Notes under the pieces: model-generated
Seen by the model: only the letters and a program-made list of their open reading frames with translations
What the model was told of the DNA's origin: nothing
Databases searched by the model: none
Position numbers and translations under genes: made by a program
Part shown: positions 54,116 to 64,000 of the stretch, piece by piece
Position numbering within the stretch: position 1 is the first letter of the stretch
How the letters are laid out: every line of letters starts with the position of its first letter
Assembly: GCA_049511835.1 (NCBI GenBank)
Contig: JBEKXN010000004.1
Coordinates: 81,231-145,230, forward strand
Direction: 5' to 3'
Source of the DNA: Verrucomicrobiota bacterium
GTDB lineage: Bacteria > Verrucomicrobiota > Verrucomicrobiia > Limisphaerales > UBA11358
DNA length: 64,000 nt

Positions 54116-56194
54116 TCACTCGTGATTGGACCTGCCCGGGTATTCCTGGTCAAACCACGCCTTCACTTCGGCATCGAGCTGTTTCAAGTCCGGGCGGGTG
54201 TTCGCGGCGGCCACCGCGTCGCTCCATTCCCGGTTCAAATCACCGAGTTCGACATTCGAGCCGGCGCGGACAAAAATCGGCATTTGATGCAGGTCCGTGT
54301 TGACGGTGATGGTCTGGCCGCCGTCGTAAATTTTTTCAGGATGCCACGCATCGCGCCATTGGCTGATGGACGGCAGATAAACCTCCTGCGTCCGCTGGTT
54401 CTTTTGCCAGATGGGCGAAACCAGAATGTCCGGGCCGTAGAGATACGTCCACCAGTTCGACCACGCGGCGGGCGCCTTCGGTTCGACCAGAAACAGCGGC
54501 CGGACAATCGGCATGCCGGTTGCATGGGCGACTTTCGCCTGGTCAAAACTGTAATCGGCCAGCCGGGTGTGCAGTCGCGCGTAAAGCCGCCAGATGGCAA
54601 TCAATTCCGCGTCGTAACTGGGCGGATTGTGAAAATCCCAGAACGCGCGGTTTTGCGTCGGCCCGACTTCCATGATGGGCGTGAAACAACTGAACGCCAG
54701 CCAGCGGCCGCAGACTTCCGTGTCCGCCGATTGCTGGCTGTAACCGCAGGTGTCCGAACCCCAGTTGGGATAACCCATCACCGCCGCCCGTTGCACGGCG
54801 ATGATTTCGGCGCGCAAACCTTCCGGGGTGCCGCCGATGTCGCCGCTCCAGAAAACGCCGCGAGCTGAACTGCCCGTGTAAGCCGCGCGCGGCATGCAGA
54901 CGAAATCGTCGCCGCGATATTCCCGGGCGACGTCATAAGCCGCCTGTAGATACATCACCGGATACGCGTTGCGATTTTCGCGGACGGAGCGGCCGTCGAA
55001 AACCTTGTCCGGTCCACTTTCGGGAAGGTTCTCCTCGCTGCGGTCCATTTTGAAACCGGCCACGCCGAGCTTCAGCAGTCTGGCCACGCCATCCTGCCAG
55101 TATTTTTTCGCCTTCGGATTGGTGAAATCCGCCAGCGGATAATTTTCCCGGGCGGGTTTCTGGCCGGCGCTGACCAGCGTCCAGCCTTTGGCCAGCGCAT
55201 GGGTGGCCATTTGCCCATTGAAGAACGGTCCGATCCACAAAAACATCTGCACCTTTTGCTCGTTCAGCCATTTCACCGATTCGGCAAAATTCGGCAAACG
55301 GTTCGTATCAATCTCAAAGTCATCGTAGCCGTTTTCGCCCGGGCCCCAAGGACGGTCCACCCAGTAAATCCCCAACGGAATGCCGTAGGCCTTCATCAGC
55401 AGAACGTCCTCCATGAACTCGGAATTGAACGGACCAGTGACGGGCGTGCCGTCGTAATAATTTGTCCGTTGCGTGTTCTCGTCGCGCCAGCGCCACGTGC
55501 CATACATCCATTGCGGCGGCAGGAACGGCGGCCCGGCGTCGAGTGCGTGCGCGCGAACGAGCGCGGCGGGATTGTCGGCGGTGTAGATTTTTGCCTCGAA
55601 CGACGGACCTTCAAATTCGATCTTCACCCGGTTGGAAACGCTCGCACAAAAATCAAAACGGCCCGGCCAGTTTCCCTTTACAAAAACCGCATAGCCGCGC
55701 GACGAAAGATAAAACGGCGCGTAAGCCGACAGCGTCGGCTTGATGATCATGTCCACGGTCTCGCCGCGCAGGTTCATGGCGGCGGTGAGGTTCGTCGCCC
55801 ACGAATCCTGCTGCGGTCCGTCCACGACGCGCTCCATCAGGCCGGTGAAGTATTCCTTCGGCCCGGCGTCCACGGCCAGTCCCCATTTAAGGATGTCCGC
55901 GTCCGGCATCGCGGAAAATCGGACGGAGAAATCGTTCCCATCCGGTTTCACGGAGATTTTCACCACCCGCCCGTCGGGCATATTGGTTTCCGCCTGCTGG
56001 CCTGGACCATCTGGTGTCTTGGTGAAAGGAATGGACGGAAGTGGTGTCCGGCCGGTTGCCGTTTCATAAAACAACCCGTCCATCTTGACCGGGCAAATCC
56101 GGGAAAGCGTCGTGGTCCGGGTGGAAGTGCAACCGGCGAGCAGAAGGGACGCCAACAGAACCGGCAACAGTGAAAGAGCGATTTTTCCTTTCAT
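54116..56194 (-). CDS. glycoside hydrolase family 31 lipoprotein (alpha-glucosidase/alpha-xylosidase-like)
   Basis: Lipobox LLLAGC. YWVDRPWG, GFKMDRSEE (nucleophile region) and FWSGDIGG. Confidence 0.8.
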   Translation of the reverse strand: MKGKIALSLLPVLLASLLLAGCTSTRTTTLSRICPVKMDGLFYETATGRTPLPSIPFTKTPDGPGQQAETNMPDGRVVKISVKPDGNDFSVRFSAMPDADILKWGLAVDAGPKEYFTGLMERVVDGPQQDSWATNLTAAMNLRGETVDMIIKPTLSAYAPFYLSSRGYAVFVKGNWPGRFDFCASVSNRVKIEFEGPSFEAKIYTADNPAALVRAHALDAGPPFLPPQWMYGTWRWRDENTQRTNYYDGTPVTGPFNSEFMEDVLLMKAYGIPLGIYWVDRPWGPGENGYDDFEIDTNRLPNFAESVKWLNEQKVQMFLWIGPFFNGQMATHALAKGWTLVSAGQKPARENYPLADFTNPKAKKYWQDGVARLLKLGVAGFKMDRSEENLPESGPDKVFDGRSVRENRNAYPVMYLQAAYDVAREYRGDDFVCMPRAAYTGSSARGVFWSGDIGGTPEGLRAEIIAVQRAAVMGYPNWGSDTCGYSQQSADTEVCGRWLAFSCFTPIMEVGPTQNRAFWDFHNPPSYDAELIAIWRLYARLHTRLADYSFDQAKVAHATGMPIVRPLFLVEPKAPAAWSNWWTYLYGPDILVSPIWQKNQRTQEVYLPSISQWRDAWHPEKIYDGGQTITVNTDLHQMPIFVRAGSNVELGDLNREWSDAVAAANTRPDLKQLDAEVKAWFDQEYPGRSNHE

Positions 56195-56416
56195 GGCACA
56201 TTTTAATTACGGTGAAATGCGGAGTCGCGCAAGGCTGAAGGCGGGGTTGTAGCCGCCGACGTGAGTCGGCGCTGACTTCTATTGGACTTAAAGTGCGCGG
56301 ACTGACGTCCGCGGCAACGAGTTTCATGTGAAGGACAATCCGCGCCCAAGGGGCCTCGGCGCCGATTGTGAACAACTAATTTTTGTGCTTTGCCAGGCAG
56401 CCGCTACGATGACGCC

Positions 56417-57328
56417 ATGTCCGACGCCTATGGCCAGCTCCTCGACGCGACGATCCAACATCTGGAAGATTTGAAATCGCGTGGCGTGCGTCACGTTGCC
56501 GTCGTGCCGGAAACACTCCACGCCCTGACGCAACCGCCTGCAACCGGAACGCCGGCCTCCGGCCCGGCACGCGCAGAAAGACAGAAACCCGCCGGGTCGG
56601 AGACCGGCGCTCCACAGCCCGTTGCCGAGCAGGCCACCTTTCTAGCCCTCCCCGGCGAAATCACGCCCGCGGCCACCCCGTCACCCGCCACCCGTCTCTC
56701 GCCACCCGAAAAAGCGTCGGCCTTTGCCGCGTTGCGCGAGCGGGCGCTGGCCTGCGTCAAATGCCCGCACCTCGCGTCGTCGCGCAAAAACGTCGCGTTT
56801 GGCGTCGGCAGCATTGACGCGCAGCTCATGTTCGTGGGCGAAGCGCCGGGGGCGGATGAAGACGAACAGGGCGAGCCGTTCGTCGGCAAGGCCGGCCAGT
56901 TGCTCACCAAAATCATCCAGGCGACGGGATTGAAGCGCGCGGACGTTTACATCGCCAACATTTTGAAATGCCGGCCCGACACGCCCGGCCAGAGCGCCGG
57001 CAACCGCAAGCCGACCTCCGACGAAATGGCCACGTGCATTCCGTATCTGCACGAGCAGATTGATTTGATCCGGCCCAAGGTCATCGTGGCGCTGGGCGCG
57101 ACGGCGGTGGAAGGATTGCTGGGCAAGACCCTTGGTATCACGAAACTGCGCGGCACCTGGAAGACCTATCGCGGCACGCCGCTCATGCCGACGTATCATC
57201 CGGCGTATCTGCTGCGCAACCAGGCCATGAGCGAGAAACGCAAAGTCTGGGAAGACATGCTGGCCGTGATGGAAAAGCTCCAGATGCCCGTCAGCGAAAA
57301 ACAGCGGAATTTCTTTTTGAACCGGTGA
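56417..57328 (+). CDS. family 4 uracil-DNA glycosylase with a long N-terminal extension
   Basis: CVKCPHLASSRKNVAFGVGSIDAQLMFVGEAPGADEDEQGEPFVGKAGQLL and HPAYLLR. Confidence 0.8.
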   Translation: MSDAYGQLLDATIQHLEDLKSRGVRHVAVVPETLHALTQPPATGTPASGPARAERQKPAGSETGAPQPVAEQATFLALPGEITPAATPSPATRLSPPEKASAFAALRERALACVKCPHLASSRKNVAFGVGSIDAQLMFVGEAPGADEDEQGEPFVGKAGQLLTKIIQATGLKRADVYIANILKCRPDTPGQSAGNRKPTSDEMATCIPYLHEQIDLIRPKVIVALGATAVEGLLGKTLGITKLRGTWKTYRGTPLMPTYHPAYLLRNQAMSEKRKVWEDMLAVMEKLQMPVSEKQRNFFLNR

Positions 57329-58734
57329 AAACGCGGTGGAAAATTTTAATAAGCTTGGCTGTAGTGCCGGGCGTTTTCATTGCTTCTTCGGTCCTTCGTC
57401 ATTTCCAACTCAAGTGGGCAACCGAGAGATTCAAGGCTGAACTCAAAGCCAGAGGCGAGCTGAAGGAATTGGCGCAGGTGGTTCCGCCACGAATTCCTCC
57501 GGAGAGAAATTCCGCGGCGCAATTTCTTGCAGCAGTTGACTTGTTTGCCACCAACGAAAATGTTTTGACCACCAACTGGCCCATCGGTATGCGCGGCGTG
57601 GCGCCAGGCAAAGCACAGGTTTTGTGGCGGCAGAATTTCATCCGCGATTGGGGCATGACAAACTCGTGGGAAGATTTGGCGCTGGCGGTGGCGTCAAACA
57701 AAGAAGCATTCAACCGACTTCTCCTGATTACCAACTCATCCAAGTTTGATTTCGCGTTACATTACGAGGAGCGATTCGAAATGCGCATTACCAATTTGGT
57801 GGCAGAGAAAAAGACGGTTCAGAAGCTTGCGGCCAAGACTTTCTCCGACCTGCGCGCAGGGCAAACCGGGCCGGCAGCGGAAAATATTCGCGTCATGCTG
57901 GCGCTAGTGGATGGCACCAGCGATGAGAGGACAGCCATCTCGCAACTGGTGAGGATTGCCATCGCACAAATCACCTGCGCCACGACCTGGGAATTTTTGC
58001 AATCTTCAAATGTCACCGATGGCCAGTTGGCGGAGTTGCAGGCGGATTGGAGCAGGCCGGAATTTATCCGGGCAATGATCAACGTGATGCCTCTGGAACA
58101 GGAGGGAGCCGAATATGAAATCGGCAAGTGGCATCGTTCGCTTAAAGAAATGCGACGTTATGAGGAACTGTCCAAAACGGTCAGTGCAGCACTCGGCCAT
58201 TTTCAGGAAGAGGAAAACTTTTTAGAAAAGGCCGATAAATATCGGAAGAGGTTTCTCTGGCGTTATTGGTGGTCGTATCCCGATGAACTACGCTACCTCA
58301 AGGGCCTACAAGTTCTTACCGACACCATGCGCCAAATAGCCGCGAACGGAGTCTTTCATGACGCCTTGGAAAATCAAGATGTCGAGCTAGACCGTTTGGG
58401 CATTTCCAAACTCAACAGCTCACTCGATTCGCTTTACGCCGGCAAAACCGATTATCACAACATGCTGTCCGAATCTGTCATCACGCTTACCCGCCTCGCG
58501 GTAAAGGTAATGAGCGTCGAGACCGCGCGACAAGTGACCATTACAGCCATTGCGCTGAAACGCTTTCAATTGAAAAACAACCGTTATCCGCCGGATTTGA
58601 AAGCGCTCGTGCCGGCATTTTTTACATCGGCGCCGTGCGACCCGGTGGACGGCCACCTGCTGCGCTACCACCTCAATGCAGACGGGACGTTTCTGCTTTA
58701 TTCCGTCGGTGAAAACGGGAAAGACGATATTTGA
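57325..58734 (+). CDS. membrane-anchored protein of unknown function with pseudopilin-like C-terminal motif
   Basis: N-terminal TM helix. The tail is ...CDPVDGHLLRYHLNADGTFLLYSVGENGKDD. The GTG start overlaps the UDG stop. Confidence 0.4.
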   Translation: MKTRWKILISLAVVPGVFIASSVLRHFQLKWATERFKAELKARGELKELAQVVPPRIPPERNSAAQFLAAVDLFATNENVLTTNWPIGMRGVAPGKAQVLWRQNFIRDWGMTNSWEDLALAVASNKEAFNRLLLITNSSKFDFALHYEERFEMRITNLVAEKKTVQKLAAKTFSDLRAGQTGPAAENIRVMLALVDGTSDERTAISQLVRIAIAQITCATTWEFLQSSNVTDGQLAELQADWSRPEFIRAMINVMPLEQEGAEYEIGKWHRSLKEMRRYEELSKTVSAALGHFQEEENFLEKADKYRKRFLWRYWWSYPDELRYLKGLQVLTDTMRQIAANGVFHDALENQDVELDRLGISKLNSSLDSLYAGKTDYHNMLSESVITLTRLAVKVMSVETARQVTITAIALKRFQLKNNRYPPDLKALVPAFFTSAPCDPVDGHLLRYHLNADGTFLLYSVGENGKDDI

Positions 58735-58804
58735 GTCTCGTTACCTCGACTCCTACCGAATTCGCGGATTGCTTCAGCACGCTTTTCCGCTATAACCACC
58801 CGCC

Positions 58805-59443
58805 ATGCATCAAATCATCCAGGCCCTGAGCGAGTGGTATAATCACGCGCTGCAAACGGGCGGTTATCCCGCCATCGCCCTGATGATGGCGGTGGAAAGT
58901 TCGGTGTTCCCCTTGCCCAGCGAAATTGTGATTCCACCGGCGGCGCATTGGGCACACACGGGACAAATCCCGCTTTCGCTCTGTGGTATCGTGCTGGCGG
59001 GCGCCATCGGGTCGTGGTTTGGCGCCACGTTGATGTATTGGGCGTCGCGGATTGCCGGTCGGCCGCTCGTGCTGCACTTCGGCAAATACGTTTTCATTTC
59101 CGCACAAAAAGTGGAGGGCGCAGAACGCTGGGCGGCGCATTATGGCCCGATGGGCATTTTCATTTCGCGCATGTTGCCGGTGGTGCGGCATCTCATCGGC
59201 ATCCCGGCGGGCATTGTGCGGATGGATTACCTGAAATTTTCCCTGTTCACGCTGCTCGGCTCGGGCATCTGGTGCTCGGTGTTGTGCTGGCTGGGCGTGA
59301 AGATGGGGCAGGACGAACAATTGATGAAGGGCGAGTATCATCGCGTCACCCTCTGGCTCACGGGCGCGATGCTGGTGCTGGGCGGACTGTATTATTTCTT
59401 CGTCCATAGGCATATGCAAAATCGTGATTCGTTGAAGCGTTAA
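58805..59443 (+). CDS. DedA-family membrane protein
   Basis: GYPAIALMMAVESSVFPLPSEIVIPPAA and RMLPVVRHLIGIPAG. Confidence 0.8.
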   Translation: MHQIIQALSEWYNHALQTGGYPAIALMMAVESSVFPLPSEIVIPPAAHWAHTGQIPLSLCGIVLAGAIGSWFGATLMYWASRIAGRPLVLHFGKYVFISAQKVEGAERWAAHYGPMGIFISRMLPVVRHLIGIPAGIVRMDYLKFSLFTLLGSGIWCSVLCWLGVKMGQDEQLMKGEYHRVTLWLTGAMLVLGGLYYFFVHRHMQNRDSLKR

Positions 59444-59548
59444 ATTGTTAAATCGTAAATTCCCGCCGCGCCACCCGATTCAAGATTGAACAATTCAACA
59501 AGTTAAAATTCCTTTGCGGTCTTGGCGGCTTTGCGTTGAAATTCCGTT

Positions 59549-61096
59549 GTGCCTGCGACTGAAGCCATCCGCAAAAAACTGGGCGTCCTGCCGCACAAAC
59601 CGGGCATCTATCTGATGAAGGACCGGTTCGGCACGGTCATTTACGTCGGCAAGGCCCGCGACCTGCGCAAACGCGTGAGCCAGTATTTCCATCCGTCGCG
59701 CCGCCTGGGCTGGGACCTGAAATTCAATGCGCTGGTCGAGGCCATCCACGATTTCGACATTCACGTCGTGCGGAGCGAGCCGGAGGCGTTCCTGCTCGAA
59801 GGCAAGCTCATCAAGGAGTTTCATCCGCGCTACAACGTCAGTTTCCGCGACGACAAACGGTTTCTGATGCTCAAGGTGAACCTGAACGACCCGATCCCGA
59901 ACTTCGCCTTCACCCGGCTGAAAAAGGACGATGGCGCGCGGTATTTCGGGCCGTTCTCGAATTCCGGCGCATTGCGCAACACGCTGGCGCTGGTGCGGCG
60001 GCAGTTCAATCTGCGCGGCTGCCGCGTGTTCACGCCGAGCGAGGCCGACTACAAACATTGTCTCTACGCGCACCTGAAATACTGCACCGCGCCGTGCATT
60101 GGCAATGTAACGCACGAACAATATTTGGAACAGGTGACCGCCGCGTGCGATTTCATCGAAGGCCAGTGCTACGAAATGAAGGACAAGCTCGAAGTGGAAA
60201 TGCGCAAGGCCGCCACCGCGCAGGATTACGAGAAGGCCGCCAGCCTGCGCGATCTCATCTCCGACCTGAACGAAACGACGAAGAAAGAAAGGAAATTCGA
60301 GCGCGTGCCCTACACGCTGCCGCTGGCAATTGACCCGCAACACGATCTGGCCGAACTGGCGAAGGCGCTGGGCCTGCGCGAACCGCCCCAACGCATTGAA
60401 GGGTTCGATATTTCAAATATCAGCGGCACGTTTGCCGTGGCATCGCTGGTGAGTTTCAAAAATGGCCGGCCTGACCGCGCGAACTACCGCCGGTTCAAAA
60501 TCAAAACCGTCGAAGGCCAGGATGATTTCGCGAGCATGGCGGAGGTGGTGAGGCGGCGGTATTTGCGGCTTTTGCGGGAATCCGGTAGCCGCGTTCGTGA
60601 GAACGCGGACAGCCCGACCGCGCTTTTACAAGCGCGGCTACAAACGTTTCCCAATCTCATCTTGATAGACGGCGGCAAGGGGCAATTAAGCGCCGCGTGC
60701 GGAGAATTGAAGAAACTGGGCCTCGAAAAAATCGCCGTCATCGGGCTGGCGAAGGAGTTCGAGGAAATCTACCAGCCGGGCGAAAGCAAACCGCTGCGGC
60801 TGGGCCTGAATCATCCGGCGGTGAAATTGCTCCAGCGCATTCGCGACGAATGCCATCGCGTGGCGAACAGCTACAACGCGCAGCTTCGCATCAAACGCAT
60901 CTCGGAGAGCGTGCTGGATGAATTTCCCGGCATCGGCGAGCGGCGCAAGCAGGCGCTGCTGAAAAAATTCGGGTCGGTGCAGCGATTGCGGACGGCGACG
61001 CTGGAACAAATCGCCGCCGTGCCGGGTTTTGGCGGCAAGGCGGCGAAGGAATTGAAAAAGTTTTTGGCGGCGCGTTCAACTTTGACTGACCAATAA
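59549..61096 (+). CDS. uvrC: excinuclease ABC subunit C (short form)
   Basis: GIY-YIG motif (PGIYLMKD...VIYVGKARDLRKRV). UVR motif (AQDYEKAASLRDLI). IEGFDISN. C-terminal (HhH)2 domain. GTG start. Confidence 0.85.
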   Translation: MPATEAIRKKLGVLPHKPGIYLMKDRFGTVIYVGKARDLRKRVSQYFHPSRRLGWDLKFNALVEAIHDFDIHVVRSEPEAFLLEGKLIKEFHPRYNVSFRDDKRFLMLKVNLNDPIPNFAFTRLKKDDGARYFGPFSNSGALRNTLALVRRQFNLRGCRVFTPSEADYKHCLYAHLKYCTAPCIGNVTHEQYLEQVTAACDFIEGQCYEMKDKLEVEMRKAATAQDYEKAASLRDLISDLNETTKKERKFERVPYTLPLAIDPQHDLAELAKALGLREPPQRIEGFDISNISGTFAVASLVSFKNGRPDRANYRRFKIKTVEGQDDFASMAEVVRRRYLRLLRESGSRVRENADSPTALLQARLQTFPNLILIDGGKGQLSAACGELKKLGLEKIAVIGLAKEFEEIYQPGESKPLRLGLNHPAVKLLQRIRDECHRVANSYNAQLRIKRISESVLDEFPGIGERRKQALLKKFGSVQRLRTATLEQIAAVPGFGGKAAKELKKFLAARSTLTDQ

Positions 61097-61744
61097 ATCA
61101 ATCGGTTCAGTTTTTTTCGCTGCTGCTTTTTCCAACCCATGACCGACACCACCAAGAATGGCCATCACCGTCCATTCTGATCCAAAAACAAACAGAGGCA
61201 GCAAAAAGCTTCGGGGGTGCGAGCCTCCTGGTGAAAAATGGAATACGCCGAATCGCATCCAAAGCAGACTTCCCCCATAGCACACAATGCCAACGGCTCT
61301 TCTAAGCGGTTGATTGCGGATAACCGGAAGAAACTCGTGGTTATATCTCCAGCTTAAAACAATTATTGCAACGGTTGTGGCATATACGGCCAATCCGAGC
61401 ATTTTCGCCATCAAACTTAATCCGTGATCCAAAAGAAAAGGAAGGAAAAGGAACAGCGGGCAAAATAATGCGGCGGCAACAAAAATGACTCCTGCCAGTT
61501 TTATGACCTCCTGCATTTCCATCGGGGCGCTTACTTTTTTAAATTCCATTTTGAGTTCGGGGGCTTGGCCGATTTTTTTTATGGCAATTCCAAAAGCCTG
61601 CTGCGTGCTCAATCCCGATCGCATCCGCTGCTCGACGTCCTCACGCAAATGACTTTCCAGCTCCTCCAGCGGCACAGGCGTTTTGATTCCGGCAGCCAGC
61701 ATCTGCCGCCGCCAGTCGGCGACGGCTTGTTCGAGGTCAAACAT
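61076..61744 (-). CDS. membrane protein with PadR-associated N-terminal domain
   Basis: MFDLEQAVADWRRQMLAAGIKTPVPLEELESHLREDVEQ followed by 4 TM helices. Overlaps the PadR gene by 8 nt. Confidence 0.55.
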   Translation of the reverse strand: MFDLEQAVADWRRQMLAAGIKTPVPLEELESHLREDVEQRMRSGLSTQQAFGIAIKKIGQAPELKMEFKKVSAPMEMQEVIKLAGVIFVAAALFCPLFLFLPFLLDHGLSLMAKMLGLAVYATTVAIIVLSWRYNHEFLPVIRNQPLRRAVGIVCYGGSLLWMRFGVFHFSPGGSHPRSFLLPLFVFGSEWTVMAILGGVGHGLEKAAAKKTEPIDLLVSQS

Positions 61745-62069
61745 ATTGCTCCTTTCGCAGCCCGGCCAAAACGGAATGAACCAGCGACCATTGTTCGTGG
61801 TGCCTGGTCATCGCCGTTTTGCCGTCTTTCTTGAGCGAGTAGTATTTTCGCTTCCGCCCGGTTTCGCTTTCGCCCCAGTGTGACTTGATCAACCCCCGGT
61901 GTTCCATCCGGTGCAAAACCGGGTAGAGCATGCCATCCGTCCATTGCAGTTTGCCATTGGAGCGGGCTTTGACTTCCTGGATGATGGCGTAACCGTAGCT
62001 CTCACCCCGGGAAAGCAGCGACAAAACCAGCGGCTCCGCCGACGCCGCAACCAGTTCCTTGCGAATCAT
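61737..62069 (-). CDS. PadR-family transcriptional regulator
   Basis: PLVLSLLSRGESYGYAIIQEV...GMLYPVLHRMEHRGLI...RKYYSLKKDG. Alternative starts at 62084 and 62093. Confidence 0.85.
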   Translation of the reverse strand: MIRKELVAASAEPLVLSLLSRGESYGYAIIQEVKARSNGKLQWTDGMLYPVLHRMEHRGLIKSHWGESETGRKRKYYSLKKDGKTAMTRHHEQWSLVHSVLAGLRKEQYV

Positions 62070-62168
62070 AGAGACACGATACATAGGAACCATATGTATG
62101 TCAAGCGGGAAATTGGCTTGAAAAGAAATTCGTGCCAATCTGTGAAATTCGTGGCTTAATTTTGCGGT

Positions 62169-62573
62169 ATGAACATTCAAGTGGCCATTCTCTGCGATGC
62201 CGCGACCGAGGACCACGGCAAGCTCAATCTCCTCGGCGCGTTCGACACGATTTACACCCCGCAATTGCCCGCCGTGCATCCGCAATGCGCCGTCGCGTTG
62301 CGCGTCACGTTCAACCCCGGCGACGAGGGCGCGCGCAAGCTCAAGCTGAACTTCGTCAACGCCGACGGCCACAGCATCATGCCGCCCATCGAAATCCCGG
62401 TGGTGGTCACGCTGCCGGACGATGTGCTTTTTGCCACGCGCAATTTCATCGTGAACATCCAGCAGTTGAAATTCACCGAGGCGGGGTTGTATTCCGTGGA
62501 TGTCCGGCTCGATGACAAATCACAGGCGGCCATTCCGCTGTTGGTCAAACACCTGCCGCAAGCGGTGGCGTAA
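62169..62573 (+). CDS. hypothetical protein (134 aa, predicted all-beta)
   Basis: Clean ORF with an ATG start and GC-rich third codon positions. No motif recognised. Confidence 0.4.
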   Translation: MNIQVAILCDAATEDHGKLNLLGAFDTIYTPQLPAVHPQCAVALRVTFNPGDEGARKLKLNFVNADGHSIMPPIEIPVVVTLPDDVLFATRNFIVNIQQLKFTEAGLYSVDVRLDDKSQAAIPLLVKHLPQAVA

Positions 62574-62690
62574 GGAGCGCGGGCAGCCTGCCCGCAACCA
62601 TCCTGCTTCAGAAAACGCGGACAAGCTGTCCGCGCTCCCGGTCACGACTTTGGGCTTTGACCTTTTGGGTTGAGTCTTAATAATTCGCGC

Positions 62691-63590
62691 ATGGCGAATT
62701 CCAAAAGCGAAACGATCCTTAAGCTCGAACTGCCCGGCGTTAAAAAGCTCAAGAGCGGCAAGGTGCGCGAAGTTTTCGACCTCGGCGACCGCCTGCTGTT
62801 CGTCGCCACCGACCGCCTCTCGGCCTTCGACGTCATCATGCCCAACGGCATTCCGCGCAAAGGCGAGGTGCTCACGCAGATTTCGTATTTCTGGTTCGCG
62901 CAGACCGAATCGTTCCAGCCGAACCACCTGCTTTCCCGCGCGGATGACCCGTTGCCAAAAAATCTTCAGCCCTTTGCCAGCCAGCTCGCCCGGCGCAGCA
63001 TGATTGTAAAGAAGGCCAAGCCGCTCGCCATCGAATGCGTCGTGCGCGGCTACCTCGCCGGTTCGGGCTGGAAAGAATACCAGAAATCGCAAACTGTCTG
63101 CGGCATCAAGCTGCCGCCCGGTTTGAAGGAATCGTCCGAACTGCCGGAACCGATCTTCACGCCCGCGACCAAAGCCGAGACCGGCCACGACGAAAACATT
63201 CCCTTTGCCCAGGCGGCGAAGATTGTGGGCGCGGACATCGCGGAAGAAGCCCGGGCAAAGAGCCTGAAGATTTACAATTCCGCCCGGGATTACGCCCGCC
63301 AGCGCGGCATCATCATTGCCGACACGAAATTCGAGTTCGGCCTGTTCGATGGCAAACTCATCCTGATTGATGAAGTGCTCACGCCCGATTCCTCCCGCTT
63401 CTGGCCGGCCGACCAGTATCAACCCGGCCGTAGTCAGCCAAGTTTCGACAAACAATTTGTCCGCGATTATCTGGAAACGCTCGACTGGAACAAAACCCCG
63501 CCGGGTTCGGTGCTGCCGCCGGAGGTTGTTGCCAAGACCACGGCGAAATATCTGGAGGCCTACGAGCGGCTGACGGGAAAGAAGCTTTAA
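62691..63590 (+). CDS. purC: phosphoribosylaminoimidazole-succinocarboxamide synthase
   Basis: GKVREVFDLGDRLLFVATDRLSAFD, ADTKFEFG and DEVLTPDSSRFW. Confidence 0.9.
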   Translation: MANSKSETILKLELPGVKKLKSGKVREVFDLGDRLLFVATDRLSAFDVIMPNGIPRKGEVLTQISYFWFAQTESFQPNHLLSRADDPLPKNLQPFASQLARRSMIVKKAKPLAIECVVRGYLAGSGWKEYQKSQTVCGIKLPPGLKESSELPEPIFTPATKAETGHDENIPFAQAAKIVGADIAEEARAKSLKIYNSARDYARQRGIIIADTKFEFGLFDGKLILIDEVLTPDSSRFWPADQYQPGRSQPSFDKQFVRDYLETLDWNKTPPGSVLPPEVVAKTTAKYLEAYERLTGKKL

Positions 63591-63717
63591 TTCGTAGCGG
63601 CAGTCGGCAGACCGCCGGTAACTTTCTTTGATAAGCCGGGGAATTGGCGGCTTTCTGCCGAGAGCCGCTACGTTGGCTGGAGTTCACAGGCCAGAGGCCT
63701 GTGCCACGTTTTGAACC

Positions 63718-64000
63718 ATGCAAACGCTGGTCGAAGATTTTTTGCAATACCTGCGCCATGAGCGCGGGCAGGCGGAGCACACCCAGAAAACCTATGCCGC
63801 GTTGCTGAACAAATTCACGACTTGGGCGGCCAAACAGAACCTGACGGACTGGAAATCGGTTGAACTGAAACACCTCATGGCGTTCCTGCAGAACGAACGC
63901 GCCCGTCCGCTGGCCGATGAGCCGAAAGAGTCCATCAAGCGCCTTAGCAGCGAGAGTGTTTATCTCGAAATCGCCGCGCTGCGGGCGTTTTACCGCTTTG
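63718..64000 (+). CDS. tyrosine recombinase XerC/XerD-like, N-terminal fragment (runs off the window; not in the ORF track)
   Basis: ATG at 63718. MQTLVEDFLQYLRHERGQAEHTQKTYAALLNKF...LKHLMAFL is the SAM-like N-terminal domain pattern of Xer recombinases. Confidence 0.65.
   Translation, partial: MQTLVEDFLQYLRHERGQAEHTQKTYAALLNKFTTWAAKQNLTDWKSVELKHLMAFLQNERARPLADEPKESIKRLSSESVYLEIAALRAFYRF

Overview
High-GC bacterial chromosomal window. The gene families and the many clamp-plus-hairpin intergenic repeats suggest a PVC/Verrucomicrobiota-type genome, but this is inference only. I support about 50 CDS and one tRNA-Arg(TCG). I saw no rRNA, CRISPR array, transposase or phage genes. The housekeeping backbone includes an MqnC/MqnE-type radical SAM enzyme, a large acyl-CoA dehydrogenase, ETF-QO, EtfB/EtfA, UxuA, LysA-like decarboxylase, ComM, PilT, Lrp plus aminotransferase, GH31, UDG4, DedA, UvrC, PadR, PurC and a partial XerC/D-like recombinase at the 3' edge. 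Five things stand out. (1) A roughly 12 kb minus-strand block (24668 to 12846) has seven reading frames all joined by ATGA stop/start overlaps. It encodes a polytopic membrane protein, three paralogous secreted hydrolases (one with its catalytic motifs lost and a two-helix membrane insertion), a 39-codon remnant, a secreted prolyl oligopeptidase and a rifampicin-phosphotransferase-like PEP-utilising enzyme. (2) This block and an SBBP-repeat gene lie between direct copies of the 3' end of the ETF-QO gene. That arrangement looks like island insertion separating ETF-QO from etfBA. (3) An ECF sigma/anti-sigma pair is tightly linked to four secreted proteins. Three of them carry LpoB/CsgG/TolB-N-like modules and two are also fused to beta-propellers. 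This is a candidate uncharacterised envelope system. (4) A radical SAM enzyme has a SPASM-like Cys cluster placed N-terminal to the core, followed by a coupled 39-codon ORF and a GT2. (5) Several families of structured intergenic repeats are present, including a 116-nt direct repeat pair bracketing the lysA-like gene. All functional calls rest on motif recognition by eye; no searches were run.
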